Shown here piece after piece: positions 27,820 through 40,068 of a stretch of 64,000 nucleotides of DNA (its first letter is position 1; every line of letters starts with the position of its first letter). The notes under the pieces were generated by a model, which was given only the letters and a program-made list of their open reading frames with translations, had not been told where the DNA came from and ran no database searches. The position numbers and the translations under genes were made by a program. This DNA comes from Candidatus Sulfomarinibacteraceae bacterium (GTDB lineage: Bacteria; Acidobacteriota; Thermoanaerobaculia; Thermoanaerobaculales; Sulfomarinibacteraceae): positions 512,001-576,000 of the forward strand of contig CAWCLO010000001.1 in assembly GCA_963796455.1 (NCBI GenBank). The letters are read 5' to 3'.

Positions 27820-28896
27820 CTAAGAAGCTGAAGAAGCAAAAAACTCCTTGATGAGGTGCGAGTAGAACTCGACGCCGTCTACCAACTCGGTGTGCGTCAC
27901 AAATTCTCCGGCGGTGTGCGAACGTTCGGTTTGTCCGGGGCCGACCTTGATGGTTGGCAGGTGACGGGTCCAGACGGCGTCCGAAAGGGTCGCCGATCCG
28001 ATCACCCTTGCCTCCGGTCGCGCCCGGCGAGCAGCACGTGCCACCGGGGAATCCGGATCGGTGCTCAGAGATTTGAGACGATCCGACCGGACCCGGACCG
28101 AGGCTCCGGTCAACGCCGCCACCTCGGCCACGATGTCGGCGGTCGCATCATCATCAACCGTTCGAAGATCGAGACAGAAGACGCAGCGATCCGGGATCAC
28201 GTTGCGCCGAGTGCCGCCTTCAACCGTCGTGACGTGGCAGGTGACGCGGCCAAGCAACGGGTGTTCTCCACCCGGGCTGTAGCCGTCGAGGGCGGCAATC
28301 GCCCTGGCGGCTTCTGTGATGGCATTGGCCCCCGGCAAGCGGTGTGCGTGGGCCGCGTGGCGCGCGGTGCCCTGGGTCTCGAGCTCCAGAATCAACAGGC
28401 CCTTCTGGGCACAACAGATATCGAGGTTGGTCGGCTCCCCGATGACCGCGGCGTCGAGGCGACCCAGTTCCCCAACGTATCTTTCGAGACCGCCTCCGCC
28501 GCCGCCGATTTCTTCGTCAACGGTCAGAGCCAGGACCACCTGGCCCCCGATCTCCTTGCTTTCGACACCCGCCACCGCACACAACATCGCGGTGACGCAA
28601 CTCTTGGCATCATTGGCGCCAAGGCCCGAGATGCGCCCCCCTTCGTCACAGGGCAAAAACGGATCGTGCGGCCATGCTGCCACCGGAGCCACGGTGTCGA
28701 GGTGTGAGTTCAGAAGCAAACGCGGCCCCTCCCCTTTCCCGACCCTTATCACAACGTTTCGACCGGCCATTTCGGCCTGCAGCCCCCACGAATCGGCCCT
28801 TTCCAGAATGAACCGGGCGAGCTCCGCTTCGTCTCCCGACAGACTCGGGATTGAAACCAGCTCTTTCAACAGCAAGGGAGCTGAGACCCTTCTCAC
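27820..28896 (-). CDS. argE: M20 ArgE-like deacylase (probable N-acyl-citrulline/ornithine deacylase)
   Basis: LNSHLDTV, GANDAK, DEE, GEPT, SHTAGE; last gene of arg operon. Confidence 0.8.
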   Translation of the reverse strand: MRRVSAPLLLKELVSIPSLSGDEAELARFILERADSWGLQAEMAGRNVVIRVGKGEGPRLLLNSHLDTVAPVAAWPHDPFLPCDEGGRISGLGANDAKSCVTAMLCAVAGVESKEIGGQVVLALTVDEEIGGGGGGLERYVGELGRLDAAVIGEPTNLDICCAQKGLLILELETQGTARHAAHAHRLPGANAITEAARAIAALDGYSPGGEHPLLGRVTCHVTTVEGGTRRNVIPDRCVFCLDLRTVDDDATADIVAEVAALTGASVRVRSDRLKSLSTDPDSPVARAARRARPEARVIGSATLSDAVWTRHLPTIKVGPGQTERSHTAGEFVTHTELVDGVEFYSHLIKEFFASSAS

Positions 28897-29807
28897 GGGG
28901 CCACGCCTCCGATCGGGATTTCAGGTGAAGCCTCGATCAGCGTGCCGCAGCCTTCGTTGGTAAAAACCTCGGTCAAGAGGGAATCCGCTTTGATGCCGCT
29001 GATAATGTGGGTCCGCGGCACACCCTCCAGGAGAGCGAAACGACAGGCTTCGAGCTTGGCCTTCATTCCCCCGACAGCGCCCGAACCCAGGAGTTCCTCG
29101 AGCCGGCCGTGATCCATGTGCGAAATCAGACTGTTGCGATCCTCCGGATCCTCGTAGACCCCGGCAACGCTGGTCAGCAGAATGAGTTTGACGGCCCCCA
29201 GGGTGGCCGCGAGCCGGGCGGCGATGGTGTCGGCGTTGACGTTGTAGATCTCTCCGTTTTCACCACCCGCCAGGGCACTCACGACGGGAACAAACCCACC
29301 CGCCAGCAGATGTTTGATGAGCTTGGGATCGACCGAATCGATGTCTCCTACGAAACCGAAATCGAGGGTCCTGGTCGCTCCCGACTCGGGGTCCTCCACT
29401 TCGACCGGTGGCCGGCGGTGGGCCTGGATGAGACCGCCATCCACACCGGACAGACCCACTCCGGGCACACCGCTCCGAACCAGGGCTGCCAGCAGATCGG
29501 TGTTGAGCTTGCCGTTGAAGACCATCTTGGCAACCTCGAGAGTGTCGGCGTCGGTCACCCTTCGCCCACCCACCGTTTGCACCTCGAGACCGAGTTGTTT
29601 CGAGAGCTCGGTCGCCTGTGGTCCTCCGCCGTGCACCACCACCACGTCAATGGACACCTGGTGGAGCAGCGATACCTGATCGGCGAAATTTGCGAGCGCC
29701 TGTTCGTCATCGATCACCTCACCGCCGATTTTGACGACGAAGGTCTTTCCCTTGAACATGCGAAGAAACGGCACCGCGGTGCGGAGCCCGGTAATGCGGC
29801 CGTTCAT
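28893..29807 (-). CDS. argB: N-acetylglutamate kinase
   Basis: VVKIGG, VVHGGGPQ, NVNADT, GGMKAKL. Confidence 0.93.
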   Translation of the reverse strand: MNGRITGLRTAVPFLRMFKGKTFVVKIGGEVIDDEQALANFADQVSLLHQVSIDVVVVHGGGPQATELSKQLGLEVQTVGGRRVTDADTLEVAKMVFNGKLNTDLLAALVRSGVPGVGLSGVDGGLIQAHRRPPVEVEDPESGATRTLDFGFVGDIDSVDPKLIKHLLAGGFVPVVSALAGGENGEIYNVNADTIAARLAATLGAVKLILLTSVAGVYEDPEDRNSLISHMDHGRLEELLGSGAVGGMKAKLEACRFALLEGVPRTHIISGIKADSLLTEVFTNEGCGTLIEASPEIPIGGVAP

Positions 29808-30802
29808 CTGATCCCTCCAAGTAATTCCAGCAACAGCGCCTTCTGCGCGTGAAGTCTGTTCTCAGCTTGATCCACGACCACGCTGGCATCGGAATCGAGC
29901 ACCTCATCGGAAACCACCACATTGCGTCGCACCGGCAGACAGTGCATGAAACGACCCCGATCGGTTCGTGCCATCCAATCGCTCGTGACCTGCCAGTCTC
30001 GGTGTAGCTCACGCAAGGCCGCTTCGGCCGCGGGATCACCATAGTGTTCGAGGCTTCCCCACGACTTGGCGTAGACCACCTTGGCACCATCGAGGGCTGC
30101 ACGATCATCGGTGGTTGTCACCGCAGCACCCGTCGTTTGAGCGATCCGAACGGCATCGATCATCAATTCGGGGTCGAGGTCATAGCCGTCCGGGCGAAGG
30201 ACCGTGATATCGAGTCCACGTTGTGCCGCCATCGCCACAACCGAATGCGGAACTGCGGCCGGCAGCGCCTTCGGGTGATAGGCCCAACTCAGGACCACCC
30301 GATCTCCCCGTTTGAGCCCGAGTTCATTCCAGGTCAAAGCGTCGGCCAGTGCCTGGCACGGGTGCCACAGAGCCGACTCCATGCTGATCACCGGCACTTC
30401 CGACGCCGCGGCAAAGGCGGTGACCACCGGGTCCTTGCGATCCTCTCGCCAATCGCTTCCGTTCGGAAACGCTCGGACGCCGAGAACATCAGCATACCGG
30501 CCCAGCACCGGCACCGCCTCTTTGACGTGCTCGGCGGCGCCGCCGTCCATGACCACGCCCTCGCGAGCCTCCAGATTCCACATGCCGCCGCCGACCGAGA
30601 GATTGACCGCATGACCGCCGAGTTGGTACATCCCGACCTCGAAGGAGGTCCGGGTCCGCAGGCTCGGGTTGAAAAAGACCATCCCCATCACCCGACCGTC
30701 GAGCCGATCGCGGCAGATCCCTGCCTTGATTCCGGCCGCCCTCTCGAGGACACGATCGATACGATCGGGTGACCAATCGGTGGTGCTCAGAAAATGTTCC
30801 AC
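29804..30802 (-). CDS. argF': N-acyl-ornithine carbamoyltransferase (ArgF' type)
   Basis: FFNPSLRTRTSF, HPCQ, WAYHPKAL, HCLPVRRN typical of AOTCase/SOTCase. Confidence 0.9.
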   Translation of the reverse strand: MEHFLSTTDWSPDRIDRVLERAAGIKAGICRDRLDGRVMGMVFFNPSLRTRTSFEVGMYQLGGHAVNLSVGGGMWNLEAREGVVMDGGAAEHVKEAVPVLGRYADVLGVRAFPNGSDWREDRKDPVVTAFAAASEVPVISMESALWHPCQALADALTWNELGLKRGDRVVLSWAYHPKALPAAVPHSVVAMAAQRGLDITVLRPDGYDLDPELMIDAVRIAQTTGAAVTTTDDRAALDGAKVVYAKSWGSLEHYGDPAAEAALRELHRDWQVTSDWMARTDRGRFMHCLPVRRNVVVSDEVLDSDASVVVDQAENRLHAQKALLLELLGGIR

Positions 30803-30806
30803 GTCC

Positions 30807-31973
30807 TCAGCCTCCAGAAAATTCGTTCAGCGCATCAGCCAGCACCTGCAACTCAGCCTCTCCCACAACCAGCGGCGGCATCAACCGCAACACGTGCGGA
30901 TCGGAGGAAGTTCCGGCCAGGATTCCACGATCGAAGAGGAATCGACCGACCTCTTTTGCCGCCACCGACGTCTCGAGACCGAGCAACAATCCTCGGCCCC
31001 GGAGGGCCTTCACCGGTCCAACAACCAGGAACTGACGGGCAGTCTCCTCCATCTGTGCGGCGCGATCGATCAGACGCTCGTCATCGATCACATCGAGCAC
31101 CGCGAGGCCGGCGGCACACGCCAGCGGCCCACCACCAAAAGTTGTTCCCTGATCGCCGATGGCCACGGTCTCAGACACCGCTTCGGTCGTCAGGACCGCC
31201 GCCATAGGGAAGCCATTGCCGAGACCCTTGGCGCTCGTGACGAGATCTGCAGGGGCCTGCCAAAGGTCTGCCGCAAAGGGGGCGCCCAGCCTTCCCACGC
31301 CAGTCTGAATCTCATCGAATATCACCAATGTTCCATTGAAGTGGCAGGCCGCCACCAGGTCCGGATAAAACTCTTCCGCCGCAACCCGGACACCGGCCAT
31401 GCTTTGGATCGGTTCAAGAATCACCGCGGCGGTGTTTTCGTCCAGAGCCGCAACCACGGCCTCGAGATCGCCAAAGGCCACCTCAGGGACATCTCGGACG
31501 ACCGCCGGAAACTGCCGCCGGTAGCCCCCAAGATGGGTCAGCGAGAGGGCGCCGGCTGTGCGCCCATGAAAACCACCCTCCATTGCGATGATCCCGGTCC
31601 GCCCGGTGGCCTTCATGGCCATCTTGACCGCAGTCTCGTTGGCCTCTGCTCCCGAGTTACAGAGAAAGGCCCGCTCGATGTGGTCCGGTGCAAAATGAAC
31701 CAACCGCTCGAGATAACGAGCGCGGACATCGTTGGCCGCAACATTCGAATAAAAGCCGAGCTGTCCGGCCTGATCGGAGACCGCCGACACCCACCGGGGA
31801 TGGGAGTGACCGAGCACCGACGTGCAATGACCGCCGTAGAGATCGAGATACTCCCGACCCTCCGCGTCCCACAAGCGGCAGCCGGAACCGCGGACGAATG
31901 CGACCGGCCATTTTGCATAGCTCGGGACGGAGAAACGATCCTCGGTGGCATTGATTTCAGTGTTGGTATTCAC
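30807..31973 (-). CDS. argD: Acylornithine aminotransferase (class III)
   Basis: NSGAEANE, FHGRT, FDEIQTG, SAKGLGNGFP. Confidence 0.9.
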   Translation of the reverse strand: MNTNTEINATEDRFSVPSYAKWPVAFVRGSGCRLWDAEGREYLDLYGGHCTSVLGHSHPRWVSAVSDQAGQLGFYSNVAANDVRARYLERLVHFAPDHIERAFLCNSGAEANETAVKMAMKATGRTGIIAMEGGFHGRTAGALSLTHLGGYRRQFPAVVRDVPEVAFGDLEAVVAALDENTAAVILEPIQSMAGVRVAAEEFYPDLVAACHFNGTLVIFDEIQTGVGRLGAPFAADLWQAPADLVTSAKGLGNGFPMAAVLTTEAVSETVAIGDQGTTFGGGPLACAAGLAVLDVIDDERLIDRAAQMEETARQFLVVGPVKALRGRGLLLGLETSVAAKEVGRFLFDRGILAGTSSDPHVLRLMPPLVVGEAELQVLADALNEFSGG

Positions 31974-31986
31974 AAATTCCTCGCAC

Positions 31987-33045
31987 TCAGATGGGAGTCG
32001 GCATCGGGGTCTGAAGCCCGCTCGTTTCGTCCCACCGGTTCATGAGATTTGCATTTTGAATTGCCTGGCCGGCCGCCCCTTTGACCAGATTGTCGATGGC
32101 GGAGCACACCGAGACCACCCCGTCCCGGGCCACGATCGCGAGATCACACCTGTTACTCCCCCAGACATCGACCACCGCCGGCGGCTGATCGAGGATCCGG
32201 ATGAAGGGGGCCCCTGCATAATAACTCCGGTATCGGTCGGAGACTCCCGCTGCATCAACTCCAGGATCGACAAAAAGGTGGCAGGATGCCGCAATTCCGC
32301 GAACCAGGGGCGTTCGGTGCGGAACAAAGGAAATCGGGACCGACGAACCATCCCCAACTGATTGCCAGGTCTGGACGATTTCCGGCAGATGCTGGTGTTC
32401 CAGGGGCCGGTAGGCCTCGATATTATGGGCGCGGCGCGGGTGGTGGGTGGTCGGTCCGGGTTTGACGCCGGCTCCCGACGAACCGGTCATACCATCCACC
32501 GCAACGCATCGAACACCCCAACCGGCACCCGCGGCCGGCGCGAGGGCCAATCCGATGGCCGTGGCGAAACAGCCCGGATTGGCGACACGATCGGATCCGA
32601 TGATCAGCGGGCGATTGACCTCCGCCAGCCCGTAGACGAATTCCGACAAGAGATCGGGGTGCGCATGCGGGCGGCCATAGGCCTGCTCGTATATGGAGTC
32701 GTCCTGCAAACGAAAATCGCCGGAGAGATCGATGACCTGGAGATCACCAGCCCCCTCCATATCCACGAGTTGAGGCAGCCGTTTCATGGTGTCTCCGTGC
32801 CCCATGGCCGAAAACACCGTCCACGAATCGCCGCCGAGAACATCCGGGTCCCAATCACCGAAAGATATGAACTGAAGATCGATCCAGGGATCGAGGTCGG
32901 GATAAACGTCGCCGATCACTCTCCCGGCGCTGCTTTCCGAAACCGCCGCTGCGAGCTCGAGATGAGGGTGGGTGGCCAAAAGGCGGAGCAGCTCACCGCC
33001 GACAAATCCTCCGGCACCGAGGACGACTGCCTTACGCGTTGCCAT
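31987..33045 (-). CDS. argC: N-acyl-gamma-glutamyl-phosphate reductase
   Basis: DLSGDFRL, VANPGCFAT, TGSSGAG, IDNLVKGAAGQA. Confidence 0.94.
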   Translation of the reverse strand: MATRKAVVLGAGGFVGGELLRLLATHPHLELAAAVSESSAGRVIGDVYPDLDPWIDLQFISFGDWDPDVLGGDSWTVFSAMGHGDTMKRLPQLVDMEGAGDLQVIDLSGDFRLQDDSIYEQAYGRPHAHPDLLSEFVYGLAEVNRPLIIGSDRVANPGCFATAIGLALAPAAGAGWGVRCVAVDGMTGSSGAGVKPGPTTHHPRRAHNIEAYRPLEHQHLPEIVQTWQSVGDGSSVPISFVPHRTPLVRGIAASCHLFVDPGVDAAGVSDRYRSYYAGAPFIRILDQPPAVVDVWGSNRCDLAIVARDGVVSVCSAIDNLVKGAAGQAIQNANLMNRWDETSGLQTPMPTPI

Positions 33046-34084
33046 CGAAGAGCCTTCCTGCAACAATTTCGACCAGGCGTTCGGGAGAGGTCAGGGCGTT
33101 GGCCGTCGGGATACCCAGGGAGGTCTCGACAAAGGAGCCGCCGACCTCGTTGTCGGTCGCAGGGCCGGTGATCACATCAGGCACCAGACCGTAGTCTTCG
33201 CTCAACAGCCTCGTGCCGCCCCACGCGCCCACCGGGTCGGTCGCACACAACACCACCGAACGGATCTGTTCGAGCAGATCCGGCGCTGACAGGATGGCCT
33301 GGACGCCATATTCCCCCAACAGGCCATCCCCGAGTTCGAGGATGATCACATCGGGTCGCGAGCGATTGAGCTGACCGATGATCCGCCGGGCCGCGTCGGG
33401 AGCCGTGGCGGCGTCGGTGGTGACGACGCCGGCGTCGATGAACGAAACGGCTTCTGCCGCACCGTGATCGAGCATCCCGAGCACATCGCGCTGCAAGGCG
33501 ACTCCGGTCAGTTTTCCCGCTGCAACCGCCCGTCCCTTGCGAGAGAGACCGTGGATGATCTCGCAGGTGGCGACCGTTTTACCGGAGTCCATACAGGTCC
33601 CGACCACAGCAACGATCGGCGCCGAGTGTTTCGAAGGCCCGTTGGACGTAATTCCATGATCCGCGATCGCCACCGGTTTGCCGATACGCTCACCGAGGAT
33701 CGGAAAGTGGAGGACCGCTCCGAGAAGCTCGACATCGAATGGCTTGCCGACATCCGGCGCGTAGGAGGAGCAGCGGCCGATCACGCCACCGAGGTTGAGT
33801 ACGTTGAGGGTGTCGCCGGGCTTGACCTGATCGGGAACATCACCGACATAGCCTCGCAAAGCGCGGCGGTGGCCGAGCACGCCGGCAATCACATCACCGG
33901 GTTTGAGCCGGGTCATCCGTCCCTCGACGTTTTCGAGCTGGTTGTAAACCGCTTTGTCGGTGAGGATCTTCACAGCCACCACGTAGCCCGCCTCCGCCAC
34001 CACTTCCGATGTGATGTAGGCGTCGTGGGTGATTGGAGCATTCTTCGCGGCCGATGCGATCTTGTCGAGCGTGATTCGTCTCAT
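33032..34084 (-). CDS. DUF1611/DgcN-like P-loop protein embedded in the arg operon
   Basis: VVGTCMDSGKT P-loop-like motif, KLTG, ELGDGL; overlaps argG stop and argC start. Confidence 0.7.
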   Translation of the reverse strand: MRRITLDKIASAAKNAPITHDAYITSEVVAEAGYVVAVKILTDKAVYNQLENVEGRMTRLKPGDVIAGVLGHRRALRGYVGDVPDQVKPGDTLNVLNLGGVIGRCSSYAPDVGKPFDVELLGAVLHFPILGERIGKPVAIADHGITSNGPSKHSAPIVAVVGTCMDSGKTVATCEIIHGLSRKGRAVAAGKLTGVALQRDVLGMLDHGAAEAVSFIDAGVVTTDAATAPDAARRIIGQLNRSRPDVIILELGDGLLGEYGVQAILSAPDLLEQIRSVVLCATDPVGAWGGTRLLSEDYGLVPDVITGPATDNEVGGSFVETSLGIPTANALTSPERLVEIVAGRLFDGNA

Positions 34085-35307
34085 GAGCCCGAGCCCCTCG
34101 TCTCCATCCGCCGCCCGACCGCATGGGCCAGTGCGCCTTGCAGTCCGTAGATTCTGGTGAAGCCAGCCGCATCTTCGCCCGACCACAGCGACTGGGTTTC
34201 GCCGTATGTGGCTGCCACCTGGTCGACCAGGGAATTCGGGCTGCGAATCCCTTCGACCTCCACCCGGCCCTGACACAGATTCATTCGAACCGTTCCCTGA
34301 ACCCGTTGCTGGCTCGAAGAGACCATGGCCCCGATGTCGTCAAAGACTGGATCGTGCGCCATCGCCTCGTGAATGATCGTGCCGAGAAATCCGCTGACCT
34401 GGGTCTTCCAGAACTGCTGCCATCGGGTGAGCACGAGCTTTTCGAGCTCACGATGGCCCGGAATGAGCATCGCGGCCGCAGGCGCCTCGAAAGCGATCCG
34501 CCCTTTGATGCCGAGAATGGTGTCACCCAGGTGGACACCGCGACCGACAGCGTGGGCCGCGCCGAGGCGATTGAGCTTGGCGATCAACTCCGGACCGGAG
34601 AGGACCTCGCCGTCAAGGGCCACCGGTACGCCGGCCGCGAATTCGATCTCGATCGTTGTCCCTCCGACCGGCGCCTCGTCGGGTTTGACCACGTTTGGGT
34701 AAGCCTCATCGGGCACGGTGGACCAGGGATCGTGAATCTCACCGCCGCCAATGGTCAATCCCCACATTCCTGCGTTGACGGAGTAGGTCGTCGTGGTGGG
34801 CGCGACCTCGATGCCGTGATCGTGCAACCAGGACGATTCCTGTTCCCGGCTCAGAGCCTGTTCCCTGATCGGAGCCAAAACTTCGATTTCAGGAGCCAGG
34901 GTCCGGAAGGAAACATCAAAACGAACCTGGTCGTTCCCGGCACCGGTCGACCCATGTGCCACGGCCTCGGCACCCAGGCTCTTCGCCTCGCGAACGAGGA
35001 GCTCCGCCTGAATCAGACGTTCAGCCGAAACACACAGTGGATAGACGTCGCCGCGCAGGATGTTTCCCTGGATGATCCTGCTGATGACCCGGTCAAAGAC
35101 CTCGGTCCTGCCGTCAACGGTGAGATGGTGGTGCGCGCCGGCTCGCTTCGATGCGGCCTCGATCTCGACCAGTTCATCCACGTCAAAACCGCCGGTGTCC
35201 ACCGTCACGGTGATGACCTCGGCTCCAGTTGTTTCCCGCAGCCAGGCCGCGCAATAAGTAGTGTCCAGACCGCCGCTGAAGGCGACCACGATTTTCTTCG
35301 CTTTCAT
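34081..35307 (-). CDS. argG: Argininosuccinate synthase
   Basis: AFSGGLDT, YPLCVSAER, HGSTGAGNDQVRF, GIKGRIAFEAP. Confidence 0.93.
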   Translation of the reverse strand: MKAKKIVVAFSGGLDTTYCAAWLRETTGAEVITVTVDTGGFDVDELVEIEAASKRAGAHHHLTVDGRTEVFDRVISRIIQGNILRGDVYPLCVSAERLIQAELLVREAKSLGAEAVAHGSTGAGNDQVRFDVSFRTLAPEIEVLAPIREQALSREQESSWLHDHGIEVAPTTTTYSVNAGMWGLTIGGGEIHDPWSTVPDEAYPNVVKPDEAPVGGTTIEIEFAAGVPVALDGEVLSGPELIAKLNRLGAAHAVGRGVHLGDTILGIKGRIAFEAPAAAMLIPGHRELEKLVLTRWQQFWKTQVSGFLGTIIHEAMAHDPVFDDIGAMVSSSQQRVQGTVRMNLCQGRVEVEGIRSPNSLVDQVAATYGETQSLWSGEDAAGFTRIYGLQGALAHAVGRRMETRGSGS

Positions 35308-35786
35308 GAGGACTTCTCCATGATGTGTTCGAGGGCCTCGATCATGCGTTCACCGGCATTTCGGTCGAGGACCGCCACAAAAAGCGTGTCATCTCCGGCA
35401 ACCGAGCCCACCACACCCGGCCAATCGATCCCGTCCACGTAGATGCCGATACTGTGCGCCGTTCCCGGCAGGGTCCTCACGACCACCAGGTGATCCCCTA
35501 CGGCAGTGGCGCTCTGCAGGAAAGCGGCGATGCTCGACGCAAAATCCACCAGATCCGGCACCGCTGCCGCCGCCTGCGGTTCGACATAGCGGCCACCGCG
35601 TTTGACCAGCCCGATCTCCCGAATATCCCGCGAAATGCTCGCCTGGGTGCACGAGACGCCGGCAGCATGCAGTCGCTCGACCAGAGCCGACTGGGTGTCG
35701 ACCCGGTTGTCAGCGACGATTTCCCGGATCAAGATTTGGCGATCGATCTTGGAAACCACCGCGGAAGACTGTGTAGATTTATTCAT
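35304..35786 (-). CDS. argR: Arginine repressor
   Basis: TQASISRDIREIGLVK, RTLPG, GSVAGDDT. Confidence 0.94.
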   Translation of the reverse strand: MNKSTQSSAVVSKIDRQILIREIVADNRVDTQSALVERLHAAGVSCTQASISRDIREIGLVKRGGRYVEPQAAAAVPDLVDFASSIAAFLQSATAVGDHLVVVRTLPGTAHSIGIYVDGIDWPGVVGSVAGDDTLFVAVLDRNAGERMIEALEHIMEKSS

Positions 35787-35819
35787 TACTCAACCATTCT
35801 CGTTCGTTTGATCATTGGG

Positions 35820-35856
35820 AAATCATGAATAAGAACTGAATATTTATTCATGATTT
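35820..35856. promoter_or_regulatory. ARG box operator region
   Basis: TGAATATTTATTCA at 35837-35850 inside a 13-bp inverted repeat AAATCATGAATAA/TTATTCATGATTT; AT-rich island upstream of argR. Confidence 0.8.
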
Positions 35857-35994
35857 TTGAATATTATCCTCTTACATGGATTCTGTCAAACATTGCTCGT
35901 CGAAAGAAAAAACTGGAACAAAAGGTGAAAAATTCGACGCTTCGCCGCAATTGAAGGGCCGCAGAAGCCTCTCGGTTGGTCAGAGCGTGTTTAC

Positions 35995-36846
35995 CTAGGG
36001 CAGGCGCTCCGGAGAATGGGCGCTCGAATCGACTCCCAATTCACGGGATCGTTCGTATGCGGCCCACACTGCTCTGGAAATGGCGGTGCGAAAGCCGGCC
36101 TTTTCGAGGTAATAGAGAGCTGCTGCCGAAGTGCCCCCCGGCGAAGTCACCTGATTTCTCAATCTCGCGAGGTGGCGTGGATCGTCGTCACTCGAATAAA
36201 AATCCACCGATCCGCGAAGGGTCTTTGCCACCAGGATTTCTGCCACCCGCCGCGAAAATCCGAGGTGGACGCCCGCATCAACCATCGCCTCCATGAAAAG
36301 GAAAACATAGGCAGGGCCGGTGCCGGAAAGCGCCGTGGCCATGTCGAGAAATCTCTCTTCCTCAACAAAGACCTCGTCACCAAATGCACCGAGAATCTTC
36401 TGCGCCGATTCCTGCTGTTCTTTGGAAACAGAAGGCGCTGCGGTCCAAACGGTAATCCCCTCGCCGATCTGGGCCGGTGTGTTGGGCATGGAACGCACCA
36501 CCTTGGTGTGATCCAACCCGCCGGAAATCTTGTCAACGGTGGCCCCGGCGATAATCGAGACCACCAGGGCGGAGGGCTTGATGACCCCATTCAGCTCCGC
36601 AAGCACGTGATCGAGACGTTGCGGTTTGACGGCGAGCACCACCACATCGGCATCGGTGACCGCCGCTACATTGTCGGTTGCCGTCCGGATCCCGTGACGT
36701 GCAACGAGATCAGCTCCCCGCGATTCGCTCGGCCCGGCTGCGACGATCGCCTCCGCAGGTACGACACCCTGCCCGATCAGACCGGCGATCATGGCCTCCG
36801 CCATCACACCGGGACCGACAAACGCAAGCTCAGTTCCATTCTTCAT
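35995..36846 (-). CDS. proC: Pyrroline-5-carboxylate reductase
   Basis: LAVKPQ, RSMPNTP, TALSGTGPAY, VTSPGGT. Confidence 0.94.
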   Translation of the reverse strand: MKNGTELAFVGPGVMAEAMIAGLIGQGVVPAEAIVAAGPSESRGADLVARHGIRTATDNVAAVTDADVVVLAVKPQRLDHVLAELNGVIKPSALVVSIIAGATVDKISGGLDHTKVVRSMPNTPAQIGEGITVWTAAPSVSKEQQESAQKILGAFGDEVFVEEERFLDMATALSGTGPAYVFLFMEAMVDAGVHLGFSRRVAEILVAKTLRGSVDFYSSDDDPRHLARLRNQVTSPGGTSAAALYYLEKAGFRTAISRAVWAAYERSRELGVDSSAHSPERLP

Positions 36847-36891
36847 ATTGATCTCTTTTCCTGTAGTGAAATGGGTTGCGGCCGGATACCC

Positions 36892-39535
<2,644 letters not shown>

Positions 39536-39546
<11 letters not shown>

Positions 39547-40030
39547 CGAGCGCATGGTTCTGGTTCTCCCGGGATGCCGCCAATTCGTCAACGGCGGCGA
39601 TCGCGATGTCTGTTTCGAAACCGCGAGTGATGAGGGAGCTTACCATCCGGGCTCGGCGCTGGCTATCCCGCCACCAGCCGTCGGGAGCACGCACCTGGAG
39701 CTTTCGCAGGGCGGTCCCCATGGCCTGTACCGCTTGATCGGGGGAGAGCCGCGCCAAACGTTCTGCAGCAAGGGAGTCGATCCCCCGATGTTTGAGTTCC
39801 GCGGCCAGCCGGTGAGGCCCCCAACCCCTGTCGACGGCCCGGATCTCGACAAATCGGCCGCCGACCCGTTCGTCGTCCACCAACCCGAGAGACTCACAGC
39901 GCCCGACCGCCTCATCGATCTCACCGGCCGGATACTCCTTCTTACGCAGCTTCTCCTCGAGCTCGCGCCGGAAGTGATCGCGGCGAGACAAAATATTGAG
40001 GGCCGTCTGATAGGCGGATCGTTTGCTCAT
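39536..40030 (-). CDS. recX: Regulatory protein RecX
   Basis: ALNILSRRDH..EL..KL, GLVDD, GWGP.RL..EL..RGI, RGF. Confidence 0.85.
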
Positions 40031-40068
40031 GCAAGTTGCCTACTGCAACAGATCGAGCGAAACCGAGC

